Positions 1 through 12,660 of a DNA stretch of 64,000 bases are shown here, one piece after another (the stretch's first letter is position 1; every line of letters starts with the position of its first letter). The notes beneath the pieces are model-generated. The model made no database searches. It was given only the letters and a program-made list of their open reading frames with translations, and was not told the origin of the DNA. The DNA comes from Cyanophora paradoxa CCMP329. Lineage: Eukaryota > Plantae > Glaucophyta. The stretch spans positions 62,001 to 126,000 of the forward strand of contig QPMI01000186.1 of NCBI GenBank assembly GCA_004431415.1. Direction: 5' to 3'. The translations under genes and the position numbers were made by a program.

Positions 1-3000
1 CGGGGAGGGGCCCCGGAGCGGCTCGGGCGGGGGCGGGTTGCCCGGGTTGGCGGAGGCGTCGGCAGCGAGGGCGGCGGCGGCGGCCCAGTCGGCGGCGGCG
101 GCGGCGCAGCGGGCGCGGGCGAGGGCGAGGGCGCCGGACTTGCCGCGCTCGGCCTCGTGGCGGAGGAGGAGCTGCTCGGCGAGGGGCGCGAGGCGCAGCT
201 CCAGGAGGTACTCCGCCGCCGCCATCTCCATCGACTCCGACGCGCTCGACGCCCCTGCCCCGTCCGCCCGGCCCCCCGCGCCTCAGCGCCCCCGGGGCCG
301 CGGCGGGCGCCGCCCCGGGCGGGCGCACCGTGGCGCTCCTTGTAGGCGGCGTAGGCGGCGTCGAGGGCGTTCGCGGCGTCGTCGGGGCGCTCGGCGGCCT
401 CGAAGAGGAGGCCCTGCGGGGGGGGCGGGGCTCGGGGGCGGGCGGGGGCGGCTGCGGGGGCGGGGCGGGCGCACGAGGAGGACGAGGGCGACGGGGTCCC
501 CCAGGTCCCCCTCCATCGCCCCCTGCCCCGCGCCCCCGTCAGCGACCCCGCCGCCGGGGCGTGCGGGCGGGGAGGGCCTCGGGCGGGGCGGGGCGGGCCT
601 GGAGGAAGGAGTCGGCGAGGTCGAGGCGGCCCTGGGAGAGGAGGAGGGCCCCGTAGCAGAGGAGCGCCCCCCGGTGCTCCGGCTCCAGGGCCAGCGCCTC
701 CCGCAGCGCCTCCTCCGCCCGCCCCGCCTCCCCCGCCCGCAGCAGGAACCGGCCGTAGTCGTGCCAGAACCCCGCGTTCGTGTTCCCCTTCACGATCCGG
801 TCCTTGTGGTACCGGTCCGCCGCCGCCAGCTGCCCCGCGCCCCCGCCCCCTCAGCCCGGCGCGGGGCGATCACGGGGGGCGGGGCGCGGGGGCACCTGGC
901 CGTTCATCTCCGCCTCGTTGGCGAGGGCGAGGATGGCGTCGGGGAGCCCCGCCTCGCCCACGAAGGGCGGCACCGGCGGGCCCCGCTTGCCCCCCTCCTC
1001 CGGCTTCGGCGAGAAGGTCTGCGGGGCGTGAGGGGCGCCGGCGCGTGCACGGGGCGGGGCGGGGCGGGCCTTGTTGAGGGCGCGGTGCATCTCCTCGACG
1101 AGGTAGACGTAGAGGTCGGAGACGAGGGCCTCCATCTCCGCCGGCTCGCCCGCCCCCTGCCGGTGGAACTTCTCCTTGACGACCCGCACCACCGACTTCT
1201 TCAGCTTCTCCTTGAACGCGAAGTACTTCCCGCTGCTGTTCAGCTCGAAGACGAGCTTCCGCCGCCGCTCCTCTGCCTCCGCCGGCGCCCCCGCCAGCTT
1301 CTCCACCGGCGAGAAGAGGCGCCGGTACTGGTCGCACAGCTCCCCCACCATCGCCTGCCGGGCGGGCGGCGCGCGTCAGAGGCCGGGGCGCCGGGCCGAG
1401 CGCCGAGCGGGCGGGCCTGGATCTCCTTGTGGAACTCCTCGGCGGCGTCCCGCGGGGCCTGGAACTTCTTCACGCGGGGCCGCGGCGGGATGATGTCCCG
1501 CGGCCGCAGCGCCGGCTTGGGGGGCGGCTTGGGCACGAGGGCGCGCAGGAGGGCGACGTCGAGCTTGAGGAAGGTGCCGGCGGTCTGGTACGGCGAGAGG
1601 CCCGACGGGTCCTCCTCCTCCTTCTCGATCGTCGTCGCCTTCTCCTTCTTCGCCGCCGCGGGGGCCGCCCCGCCCTTCTTGTCCGCCGGCGCCCCGCCGG
1701 CCTTGCTCGCCGCCCGCGGCCCCCCGGCGACCGTCGCGGCCAAGCTCACCGTCGACGGGTCCTCCTCCATCCCCTGGAAGGCCTGGATGCTGCGCGGCGC
1801 GTCAGCGTCGGGGCCGCCGGCGCGCCGCCGGGGCCCGGGGGCTCACGTGAAGGTGCCCGTGGTGGCGAGGCACCCGGGGGCCAGCAGCTCGTCCAGCGGC
1901 ACGCTGAACACCCCGTGGTACTGCGCGGCAGCCTGTGAGCGCGAGTGCTGGCGCCGCGAGACCGGCGAGGGGCGGGGCCGGCGCCGCACCTTGCTCGCGT
2001 TCGGGTCGTTGAGGGACCCCGCCAGCGCCGGCTTGACCTTGCGCCGGATCTGGGGCAGGGGAGTCGGGGCACGGGAGGGGAGGGGAGGGGGAGGGGCGGG
2101 GCGGACGTGGGCGGTGCAAGGCTGGCGGGCGGCGAGGGCGTCGCGAAACCGGGCGACGACCTCCCGCCCCAGGTACGCCATCGCCGTCAGCGAGAACGAG
2201 ACCCGCTGCGCAGCGCCGGCGCCTTCGTTAGCCGGCGCCCCGGGGCGGAGCGGGGCGGGGCGGGGGCCACCTGTCCCTCCCGCTCCGCCTTCTCCCGCTT
2301 CTCCTCCTCCGTGAGGGGCGGCGGCGGGGGCGACTCGGCCGGCGGCGGCGTCGCCTCGACCGGCGCGGCGGCGACGGCGGCGGCGGCGCCCTTCGCCGCC
2401 TTCGGGTCCGCCTTGGCCGGCGCCCCGCCCTTCTTCGCGTCCGCCGCCGGCGCGCCCTTCCCCGTCTTGACTGCGGCGCGCGGGCGCTCAGAGCGGAGCG
2501 GGAAGGAAGCAGCGGGGCCGGGGCCGGGGCGGCAGCACCCTCTTCGACGGGCCAGGCGTAGCCCTCGGGGACGACGATGGCGCCGCCGGGCAGCGCGACG
2601 CGCAGCGGCTTCTCGCCGTACGACGGGATCTCCAGAGTGATCTCGTACGAGAAGGGATCTGCCGCCCGATAAGGAGCGGAAAGGAGGGGCGGCGCGGGCG
2701 AGGGGCCGGCGGGGCGCGCACAGGCGTCGCCCTCGCCCTGCTTGGTGTGGCAGCGCTCCGGGAGGGAGAAGATGCCGGCGCAGGCGAGCTGGACGACGTT
2801 GCCCTCCCTCACCTCCTCGGGCGTGAGGAGCGCCTCCGAGACCGACGCCGTCACCTGCACTTCCGGGATGAACTCCTCCCCGGGGCTCTTCGCCCCCTGC
2901 AGCGTCAGCCTGCGCGCCCCGCCGTCGGCCCCGGCCACGCCCATCGCCCCGGCGGGCCGCCGCGCGGCGCGGACCACTCCGTGAACTCGGTCTTGTTCTG

Positions 3001-3584
3001 CAGGAAGACCGTGAAGTCGTAGTACGCCGTGCCGAGCACGATCGGCTCCGCCGGCGTTCCTTCGCAGACTTGCACGACCACGGGCAGGTTCAGGGAGCGG
3101 TTGATGCTCTCCTGCGCACCCGGTGCCGCGCGGCGGCATCAGGCGCCGGTGGGAGCGCGGCCAGCTTAGCTGTGCGAGCGGGACGCACGATCTCCTTCAC
3201 TAGAGTGTAAGTGCGCGTCACATTGTACAGCGGGGAGTTGTTGTCCGGCACTATATCCGACTGCGCGGGCCGGCGTCAGCAGCGAACCCCGCTTAGCGCC
3301 TGCAGCGCTGCTTACGACGGCCTCTTCCTCCAGGCCGAACTTGAACTTCACAAAGGAGGAGACAGAGAGAGGATTCGCGCCCTCCTTGCTTGTGGCGAGG
3401 TTGCGGGCTTGCACCACCGAGATGGCTGTCGCGCGCCGCAATGTAAGCCGCGGGCCGCAGACGCGGGCCGCAGAGGACGACAAGGTTGGCGCGTACTGAG
3501 CTCGAACTTCGGCGCGGACTCGTTCAGCAGGTCAGCATCCAGGTGCTCCGCCGGAACCTGCGCTACCGACGGCCGCCGCGCCAT
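1..3584 (-). CDS. CFAP70: Cilia- and flagella-associated protein 70 (TTC18), multi-exon, 3' end runs off the window
   Basis: Spliced peptides RRKLVFELNSSGKYFAFKEKLKKSVVRVVKEKF...LVSDLYVYLVEEMHRALNK and YQTAGTFLKLDVALLRALVPKP match the CFAP70 core as I recall it. N-terminal C2-like exons and C-terminal TPRs (FWHDYGRFLLRAGEAGRAEEALREALALEP). ATG at 3584 (MARRPSVAQ). Confidence 0.88.
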
Positions 3585-3756
3585 CCCTGCCACCTGTTGC
3601 TGTAGCCTCCGGCTGCTCCTACCGATGTGGTGTGCTGCGCTGTGGCTGGCCTCAGGGCTGTGTGCTCGTTTAGACTGCCGAGGCTAGGCTGTACCCCCCT
3701 TCTGGCTCAAACGCTGCAAAGCACCACGCTGAAAGGCGGCAGCGGACAGCGGCACG

Positions 3757-6328
3757 ATGAGGCCGCAGATGGGGAGGTCGCGCATCGGGACGCGCGTGGG
3801 CGTTCTGATCTTCCTAGCCGCGGGCGTCGTGTTGTACAGTGTTGCGACCTCGCGGCTCAACCTCGGGGCCCTGGAGCGGCTGGTGAGCGCCTACGCCGCC
3901 GCGCACTCGCCCGTCGATGCATGTTTCGCCCGCTCACTGTGCCTTGCTTTCAGAGGAGACGCGCGCGGCCAGCGTCGGCCTTCGCGGGCGGTCCCGAGGA
4001 ATCGCCGATCGTTGAAACAGAAAGTAGCAGTAGCTCAGCGCAGGCAGGCGTCTCTGGCCTTTTCGAGGAGGCCGCAGCAGCGAGCGAGGCGGCTGAGGTG
4101 GATCCCGGCGAGTCCGCAACAGCTCAGAGCGGTGACGAAGCGCCGGCGAAACCAGGCTCGACGGAGAAGGGCGAGCCTGCGTCGGGACACGCGGCAGCGA
4201 AGCCCGTCAAGCACGCGTCGGCCAAGAACCAAATTGTTGCGGGGACGAAGCCGATTGCCCTGGCGATGGCCTTCAACCTGAAGCCCAAGCCGCACCTCAT
4301 CCCGATAGCGCAGCGCTCCGTGCAGAACAAGGAGGTGCGCCGCGCCGCGCCGCGCCTTGCCGCGGGCGCCACCCGCTTCACGCGCCCCGCCAGCTGTACG
4401 CGCGGCTGCACGGGTACTCGTTCATCCTCGACCCGCCCGACGAGATCGACATGAAGCGGTGCGGGGGGGGAGGGGCCTCCGCCAGCGCGTCTCCGTCTGA
4501 AGGCGCGCCCGCCCCGGGGGGCGCCCTCGCAGGCCCCCGGCCTGGCACAAGGTGCTGGAGGTCAGGAGGTGAGCAAGGGGCGCCCCCGTCGCCTCCTACC
4601 CCCCTGCTCACTTCCCTCCGCCTCTCCAGAAACCTCGACCACTTCGAGTGGGTCTGCTGGTTCGACGGTGCGCGTGGGTCCCCTCCACTCCCCCCTCCCC
4701 CCCTGCTCTCCATCCCCCTCCCCCTCCTCCCCCTATCCAGATCCCTCTCTGACGCGCTCGGCCAGTGGACACGGTGATCGCCAACCTCGAGATCAAGATC
4801 GAGGACCTGGGCGAGCCCCCCCGCGCCCCCTCCTCCCCCCTTGCCCTCCCCCTCCTCCCTGCCTCCCCTCCCTGATTCCCGCTCGCTGCAGTCGGGGACG
4901 GGACGCGGGAGCTGGTCGTGGCGAAGACGTTCGAGTTCTTTGACATCGGCGAGGAGAGTGCGCGCCCCTCCCCACGAGTCCCGACCCCCAAGGCCCCGCG
5001 CCCCGTGCCCCCTGCCTCGGCGCGCTCTAGAGCCTTCGGCGGCGCCCCCAGCGCCGGCAGGCGACGCCGGGGCGAGCGCCGGGAGACATCAGAGCTAGAT
5101 CGCACAGCCCGGGCCCCTCCCGCCTGCAGCCTTCGCCCGCTCCGCGCCGGCGCCCGCGTCCGACGCTGGCCGCCGCGCAGCCAAGCAGCAGGAGCACCGC
5201 CTCAACAGCGGTGCCGGCCCCCGCCGCGCCCCTGCGGGGCGGCGCGGGCTGAGGGGCGGCCGGGGGCAGGGGTCTACTGCATGCGGAACTCGAGCTGGTC
5301 GCGCATGTTCCTCGACCGCGTCTACGCCGAGGTCCGCCCGCTCCGCCCGCTCCGCCCGCCCCGCCCCGGCCCCGCCCGGCCCCCGGCCCCCCTCGCCCCA
5401 CCGCCCTCGCCCGCGCGGCCTGAGCCGGCCCCTCTCGCGCGGCGCGCAGGAGAAGCTGATCAACCACGCGAACTGGGAGCAGCGCGCCATGCAGGTCCTC
5501 CTGCGGTGCGCCCCGCGCGGGGCCGGGCAGCGCCACCGCCGGGGGGCTCGGCTGAGGGCCGGTCGGGGGCGGGGCAGGGACAACCCGGAGTGGCTGGAGC
5601 ACGTGCTCTACCGCGACGAGCACGAGATGAACGTCCACAACTGTGCGCAGCGCCTCGGGGGCCCCTCGCGCCTGCCCGGCTCGGCTGATTGGCGGGCGGG
5701 GGCGCAGGGCAGTACAAGCCGGGCGACTTCGTGGTGCACTTCTACGGCTGGGTGCGCCCCCGCCCCGCCTCGCGCCCCGCGCCCCGCCCCGCGCGCCCCG
5801 GGGCGCGGGCCAAGGTGGGGGGCGGGGGCGCAGAACTGCCAGCCGAAGAAGTGCGAGGTGGACATTCGCGAGCGCCTCGACGCCCTCCTCGAGCAGGCCC
5901 GCACCCGGCCCCGGCCCCGGCCCCGGCCCCGGCCCCCTCAGCGGCCCCGCAGGAGCGCAAGGGGCACCCCGAGGAGGTCGCCGCCTCCGTCGCCGGCCTC
6001 AACCTCATCGCCGCCGTGCCCGGCCCCGCCCCCTCCCCCTTCTCCCGCCCGCCCCGCGCCGCCCCCTGACGGCGGGGCAGACGTACCCCGAGCTGACGAT
6101 CGAGGAGCTGCGGAAGGAGGCGGAGGCGCGGGACCGGGCCGAGCGCGAGCGCAAGGAGGCCCGCCCCCCCGGCGCCGCCCCCGGGGCCGGGGCCGCCCCC
6201 TCCTCACCCGCCCCGCGCAGGCCGAGGAGCGGGCCAAGGCGGAGAAGGAGGGGAAGGAGAAGGAGGGGAAGCAGGGGAGGAGGCGGGCCCTCGCGCTGCC
6301 CCCCGACGACCACAGCGTCTGCTTCTAG
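3757..6328 (+). CDS. GT34 (GMA12/MNN10-like) galactosyl/xylosyl-transferase, type II membrane protein, multi-exon
   Basis: N-terminal TM segment (VGVLIFLAAGVVLYSV) and stem, then NKELYARLHGY, PAWHKV, FEWVCWFDVDTVIAN (DxD), LNSGVYCMRNSSWSRMFLDRV, WEQRAM and YKPGDFVVHFYG. Confidence 0.85.
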
Positions 6329-6578
6329 CTGTAGCCAGGTAGTAGTAGGCTTGGTTGAAGAAGAATCGCGTATCACATGACTCGGTAACGGTGCCGCTTG
6401 GCGTGAGCTCTGAGGGAAGAGGCGCGCACGCGCTCGTGAGACCGTCGGACCCTGAGGCCTCAGAAGTGCGAAGGTACTGCGGCACAGGCGGCCTTCGCGC
6501 CCCCGACACTCGATGCTCCGCAGCCGGCCCTGCGGCGGCCCGGCCCCCGGCGGCGGCCAACTGGCAAGCTTAAGTGAC

Positions 6579-6730
6579 TCATGATCATCGGATCCGACCG
6601 TCGGACTCCGAAGTTCAACGGTTCCGAAGTTCGGAAACCTTGAAGCCCTTGAAGCTTACTGCTACTAGCTACCGTAGTACAGGCTACTAGGCTAGGCGAA
6701 GTCAACTTTGGCAAGCCTTCAAAGGCTTTT
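6579..6730. repeat. Dispersed intergenic repeat remnant (TCATGATCA / TTCCGAAGTTCGG / CCTTGAAG / CTTCAAAGGCTT motifs)
   Basis: The same motifs recur at ~23272-23325, ~31934-31950 and ~38915-39095 (partly inverted). Confidence 0.4.
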
Positions 6731-7083
6731 GGAAAGAATTCCGAGTTCTGAAACTCGAGCTGCCAGGCCCTGAGGCCCTGATCATGATTGCAAGGCCGGC
6801 CCGGCCGCAGGCTGTGACTCAGGGCATGTTATCGATCACACATGCCCATGCCGGCGCCATGATGCCACATGGATTTGTTCCTAGCACGGCCGCTCCTGCC
6901 CGGGCTCGCGATCGGGGCGGGGTGTACATCGACATCGAAACGGTTGGGGATCCGGACCGGAGGGGGCCGCCGGGCAGCAAGGGGGTAAGAAGCCGGAGAG
7001 CCTGGAGGCGGCCGGGGGTACGGGGGTCGGAGAGATGGGGCCGGCCTGCAGCCTCCACGGGTGCGGGGCGGCGGGCGGGGGCG

Positions 7084-9113
7084 CTACGCGAAGCAGAAGA
7101 AGTCGACGCCGGGGCGCCAGCCCATGGAGGCGAGGTTCGCCTCGAAGGCGCCCCCCGTGAGCCCGCCCTTCACGCACGTCACCACCGGCGGCCGCGCCGC
7201 GCTGAAGTGCACGATCGGGATGTGCCGCCGCTCCGCCGCGTCCCAGTACGGCTGCCGCGTACGAATCTTAAGGGCAGAGGGGGGGAAGAGCAAGCGTGAG
7301 GGGGGCGGGGGGCGGGGCGGGCTGGACCTGGCGGATCTTCTTCTCGTCGACGTCGCAGAAGGCGACCACCTGCCGCACGCAGGGCGCGGGGCGCGCTGAG
7401 CCGGGCCCGAGGGTCCGAGCAGGGTCGAGGGCCTCGCGCGGGGCACCTTGGCGCGGTTTTCGGGGCTCAGGGAGCGGTAGAAGAGGCCGCCCTCCTTCGG
7501 AGTCCGAAGCGAGGGGGCGCCGTCAGTGCGAGCCTAAGGGGGAGGGGTGGCGCGGGGGGGCAGGGACCTTCCCCGCGTTCCAGATGGTGAAGCCGTCGCT
7601 CCACGGCGGCCTCGCCAGCACCCGCCGCTGCCGAGGAGGCCCCTCAGCTCTGCGCCCTGCCGCCAGTGTACATGTCTAGAGGCAGCAGCCGCCTAGACAT
7701 GCACATGCTTGGTCTTCGGCCTTGGGCTTGGCTTCGGCGCCGGGGGCGGCGGCTGCGTGGGCCCGGGCCGAGGCGGCGGACCTGGAAGGCGGCGGCGCGG
7801 ACGGCGAAGATCGACGCCGCCGGCACGCTGCCCGCCCCGTCGCCCGGCGCCCACCCGGCCCGGGGCGGGGCGGGGGGCGCGCCTGAAGGAGGCGGCGGCG
7901 GGGTGGTACCGGTACAGCAGCAGCACCTGCGGCCGACCGGCGGTGAAGGGGGTACGGGCACGGGGGATGGCGCGCGCACCCTGTCGACCCGACGGAGCGT
8001 GCCGCCGAGATCGAGGTGCCGGTGAAAGAAGATCAGGTCCTCGGGGGTACCTGCAGCTGGGATCAGGGGGGTTCGGGACAGGCGTCGAGAATGCGGGGGG
8101 GGGGGGGGGGGGGGGGGGGGGTGGGCAGCGCGCCGGTGGGATGGTCTTCCTCGTACCCCCCTTGGCGCTCGAAGACATCCCTGTGCATGAGCCACGTGGG
8201 CTGCCGGGGGATGTCAGGGGTACAGGGGTGGAGAAAGAAGGGGTTGCTACCTGAATAAGCGTGTTCTCGCGATACTGTGCGGCGCCGGCCCGGCCGCGGG
8301 GGCGTCAGGGCGATGCGGGGGGGCGGAAGAGGAGGGCCGGGGCGGCGGGGCCGGTACCTGCTCGGTGTAGAGCTCCTCGTGGGAGAGACCGTTCGCCCAG
8401 TCCGCGTACCGCAGCTGCGCGCCGCCCGGATCGAAACCGGGTCGCATCGAACGCGGTGGGGGGCGTGACCGTGGCGTTGAGGGGGATGCGGAGGAAGAGA
8501 GAGCCGACGAGGGCGTTCCTGTCGGCGGCCGCCTCGCGCACCTGCAGCTCCACCCGCCCCGGCATCATCACGTCGTCTGCGGTCGCCGCGCCGCACGCCG
8601 CGCGCCGGTCAGACGCAGCCAGCCGCAGCGGCGCGCGGCAAGGGCGGCGGCGCGCCGGCGTCGAAGAAGCAGAGGAACTCCCCGCTGGCGGCTTCCACGG
8701 CCCGGTTGCGGGCGTAGCCCACGCCGCCGCGGGCGCGCGGCACGGGCCGCTCCGCGGCGCCGGCGGCCGGCGCACGGGTCCTGTACGTGACGCCGCGGCC
8801 GGCCTCCTGGATCACGAGGTCGATGCCAGCGCCCTCGAAGCGCGGCACGAACTCCTGGACGATCGCAGCGCTGTCATCCTGCGCCCGCGGAGTTCGAAGC
8901 GCTCTGCTTGAAGCGCTCCGCACGGGCACGCGGCTCGAGCGCGCACCGTGGACCCGTCGTTGTAGACGGAGAGCTCGAGCGGGCGGTAGGTCTGGGCCAG
9001 CACGCTCTCGAGCGCCTCGGCCAGGAATGCGCTCGCATTGTAAACGGGCAGGATCACAGAGGCGACCCCGCCGGCGCTAGAGGCGACCCCGCCGGTCCCT
9101 CGCGCGTCCCCGG
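7084..9113 (-). CDS. B3GNTL1: GT2 glycosyltransferase, B3GNTL1 / queuosine-tRNA galactosyltransferase (QTGAL) orthologue; start codon not located
   Basis: [104 protein letters not shown], and C-terminal [38 protein letters not shown]. The C-terminal half is characteristic of B3GNTL1. Confidence 0.85.
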
Positions 9114-9282
9114 CTTGCGCCAGAGTCACTGAGTGGGGAGCTAAAACGAGTGCTAAACCGACTGCGGCGCGCTCGACCGGCGGCCCACTGCTAGCCAAAC
9201 AGCTACTAGGGCTAGTCCAGATGTCGTTGGTCGTGTCTGAAATGCAAGCTGGCGTCGCACCGTACCCGGAAGGCAAAACAAA

Positions 9283-10559
9283 ATGGCGGTGCAGGCGCGG
9301 CTGAACGTAGGCGGACAGGTGTTCGAGACGCTACTAAAGACGCTGGAAGTGGTGCGCTTGGCGCGCTCGGCGCTCCCCCGCATGCTCATTACACGCGCCC
9401 CAGCCGGGTTCGCGCTTCGAGGAGGACAACGTGTCGAGCTTCGTGCAGAGCGCTGGAGTCCCGTTTTATGACAGGGATCCGCGGTCGGTAGCCCGCGCTC
9501 GGCCGCCCACGAGTGCCTTCGCTCAATGAAGCGCAGCTACTTCCAGTTCGTGCTGAATTACCTGCGCACAAAGAAGGTCATCGTGGAGGACAGCATGCTG
9601 CTTGAAGGCGTTCTGGAGGAGGCTGAGTTTTTCAAGCTTCCCGTTCGTAACCTGGCGGCCTTGCGGGGCCCCGCCTGGCGCTAGGCTCATCGCCCCGCCC
9701 CGCCTGAGGCGTCTCGCAGGAGCTGGCGGAAGCGGTTCGGGCAAGGATTGCGGCGCGGGACGGCCGCGGGCGGTCCGGCCCGAGCTCCGTCAAGCAGGCG
9801 CACCCGGCACCGTCGGCCAGCACGAGCGCCACGGACCTCACGCGGGATCAGGCGCGAGGCGGCGGCTCCCGTCCACGGGCCTGCGCTGACGCCCGTCCCC
9901 CGGCAGATCGTGTGGATCTGCAGCAGCTCCGACAGGCGCTCGTTCCGCGGCCTGCGGCTCGACGGCGTCGACCTGACCAAGATGGACCTCGTCGGCGCCA
10001 ACTTCTGCAAGTGCAGCCTGCGGGTCCGCCCGCGCCGCGGCCTCGAGCTGCGCCCGCGCCGCCCTCGCCAACACACCTCCGCGCAGGGCGCCAAGTTCGC
10101 GGACGCGGATTTGATCCACGCGCGCTTCAACGACGCGGACCTGACCGGCGCCGACTTTACGGGCGCGAACATGCCCTTCGTCGTCTTCCAGGCGCGGGGC
10201 CCCGTCCCCCTCCTCCGCCGATGCGCCCTCGGCCGCGCTCACGCTGGCGTGCAGGACGCGTGCCTGCGGGGCGCGGTGCTGTCGAGGACGAACGTGCACG
10301 GGGCGCGCTTCGACCGCGCGGACTGCGAGGGGGCCGTCTTCGAAGGGTCGACACTCCACAAGGCGAAGGCGCGTCCCCCGCCGGCCCCCGGCCCCCCGCG
10401 CTGGCGCGTTGCGAGCCGGCGCAGTTCAACGATGCGAATCTAAAGGGCGCCGACATCAAGGTCATCGACACGGGCGTGGGCCGCCCGGACTACACGGGCG
10501 CCATCCCCGCCCCGCTCATCTCCGTGACCGACGACGACCCGGGCTACCTCACCGACTAG
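9283..10559 (+). CDS. BTB/POZ (KCTD-type) plus pentapeptide-repeat protein, KCTD9/FIP2-like
   Basis: [17 protein letters not shown]...[17 protein letters not shown]...[10 protein letters not shown], followed by pentapeptide repeats ([25 protein letters not shown]; [26 protein letters not shown]). Confidence 0.88.
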
Positions 10560-10599
10560 ACGCCAGCGCCGGCGCGCGCGGCGGATAGAGGCGCACGCT

Positions 10600-11290
10600 G
10601 TCGCTCTGTCAACACGACAGTATCGGAATGCGAGGTCGCGTTGCGGCGCCCGCGTTGCAACTGCAAGCGAAGAACGAAGGTCATGCGCGGCAGCGGCGGG
10701 CGCATTGCGAGCGCTTTGAGGCATCCGGATACGTGCGTACCAAGCCGTTCGCGGTCAGCTGCAGCCAGCTGCAGAGCTCGTGGTTCGCCCGGAAGTTGCA
10801 ATGGAGGGGTACGGGAGTGTTGCATACTGTCCTGAGCACAACGTCCTTCGTCCTTCAGTCCGATACGGAACTTGGCGGCCTCCGGCGACGCCTGCAAGAC
10901 ATCAACAACACTTTACTGATCCCCTTCTACGCAAGGTGCGGCCCGAAATCCGCGAAACGACGAAGAGAGCCCTCCCCGAACGCGAACGGATCCAACGCAA
11001 CCCACAGGCACAACACCAGCCGGGGGGGTTTAGGAGGCGGATGGAGTCTGGAGCAACCCTGAGGACGCGCGGCGCGGCCTCGCAGACTGGTGCGTCGGCA
11101 CGGGCGAGCAGGCCACGGGCCCGCAGGCTCCGATCCGCCCGCCGGCTACTGACCAGGGCACTTCCTTGATCCACAGAGACTCTTGGTAGCGGTTCTTCCC
11201 AGAACGCTGTCCGGAGGAGTAAGCGGAGCCGGGCCGAAGGTGCGCTCTCACATACGCGCTCTCTTCAGACGCACTCCTGAACCGCCCCAT
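10600..11290 (-). CDS. Possible small hypothetical multi-exon gene
   Basis: ATG near 11290 (MGRFRSASEESAY) followed by plausible GT..AG introns giving RSGKNRYQESLWIKEVPW..VAPDSIRLLNPPGW. No family recognised; 3' end uncertain. Confidence 0.3.
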
Positions 11291-11429
11291 GCTCTTCCGC
11301 AGACACCGAAACAACCTCGAACGTTGCGGAGTGCACCCCCAAGAAGTCTGCGGAGGACGGTGCGGCAACTAGCTGGCCTCGAAGCCGCGCTCGCCGGCGC
11401 TGACGGTTCTTTCCGACGGTTGCGTAGAC

Positions 11430-12388
11430 ATGTCTGACAACTGCCCCATCTGTTTGGATCCTTTCCCCGGCAAGGCTTGCTTTATCACTGAATGCGGTTC
11501 GTGCGAAGCGACGGCAATGACGATATGCAAGTCCGGTCGGCTGACGGCGCATCTCGCAGGCCACAAGTTTCATTTCAACTGCATCAAGAAGTCGTTAGAG
11601 GCAGCGAACGCGCACTGCCCGATGTGCCGCAAGAGCTTCAAGGAGATGACACCGCCCGGGCCGATCGCCGAGCGGCGACATGTGCACCCAGACAACCTTC
11701 AGATGTACGTGCCCGTGAGGTGCGCTACAGCGCGCCACCTGTTTGTTCCTATCCGCTACTAACAGTTTCTCAGCGCACGCTTTGCTTCTTTCTTGCGGAA
11801 CGTGGCGAACGGTGGCTCCGTCGTTGGGAGGAGTAGACCTCGTGGAGAGGCTGGCGCTGGCTCTGTTGTCTCTGCGCCAGGCGGTCCTGCTCCAGCGCGT
11901 AGCGTCATCGGCAGCGCAGGGACTGCGGTATCAGCGCCGGCAGCAGCGGCAGCAGCAGCAGCGCCAGCAGCAGCGGCAGCACCGACTCGCGCTGGCTCTG
12001 CAGCTGCGAACGGCCGACCGCGGATTATCAACAACTGGCATCTGGTCCCGGAGACGAAGGTCATCAAGGGCCTCGTCTACAACTACCCCGGTCCATCCTC
12101 TCCCCATCCCTCCTTCCTCTTTCTTTCTCGCGCCACGCTCACCAGCCGGTGCGCCGTAGGCCTTAACGACGGCGAGCCGATCTCGACCTCGCCCGTGATC
12201 CGAGTGGAGGGCCGCACCGTGACCACCTGGTCGGGGAACCAGTACCAGCTCGGTGCGCCGCGCCGGTCGCACTCCGCGGTCGGACGGCCGGGCGCTTACG
12301 GGGCGCGGCAGGGACGATTGACCCGACCTTCCTCGCTACCATCGACGTCTTTGACGAGGCGAGCCCCCTCGCCGGCTTCCAGTTCTGA
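11430..12388 (+). CDS. RING-H2 zinc-finger protein with a small C-terminal beta domain (SANTA/DUF6634-like)
   Basis: CPICLDPF..ITECGHKFHFNCIKKSL..CPMCR, Ala-rich linker, then IINNWHLVPETKVIKGLVYNYPGLNDGEPISTSPVIRVEGRTVTTWSGNQYQLG; TGA at 12386-12388. Confidence 0.8.
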
Positions 12389-12660
12389 TTCCGATCCAGA
12401 GGCGCGCGCCACCGCCGGGGGGCTACTTTTTTTCCCCTGTCGCGTGCGCGCGCCGCCCCTTCGGGGGGTCCGCCCCACGACCCCCAGGATAGCTCCCCTC
12501 CACTGCACAGGAGCCCCTAGTCTAGAGATATCCTTCCAGAGAGGTGAGGTATTGAGCGCAGAACTCTTCTACAACTACATGGCAGCTAATGTACAATCCC
12601 ACGGTCGTCCGGTCCGAACCCCGGCCGATTCCAGCCCCGCGCGGGGGGGGAGAGCACGGG

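Noticed and set aside
38-2314. 758-aa + strand ORF (likewise the single-frame translations of 25232-28216, 42491-45640 and 56532-58439)
   Set aside because: Arg/Pro/Gly-rich shadow or read-through ORFs caused by stop-codon scarcity at high GC. The real genes are spliced and switch frames.
3757-9113. Glycosyltransferase gene cluster (GT34 + GT2)
   Set aside because: Convergent, unrelated families in different compartments (Golgi versus cytosolic tRNA modification); adjacency is most likely chance.
12525-12540. ATATCCTT resembling a U12-type donor
   Set aside because: Lies between convergent genes with no exon context.
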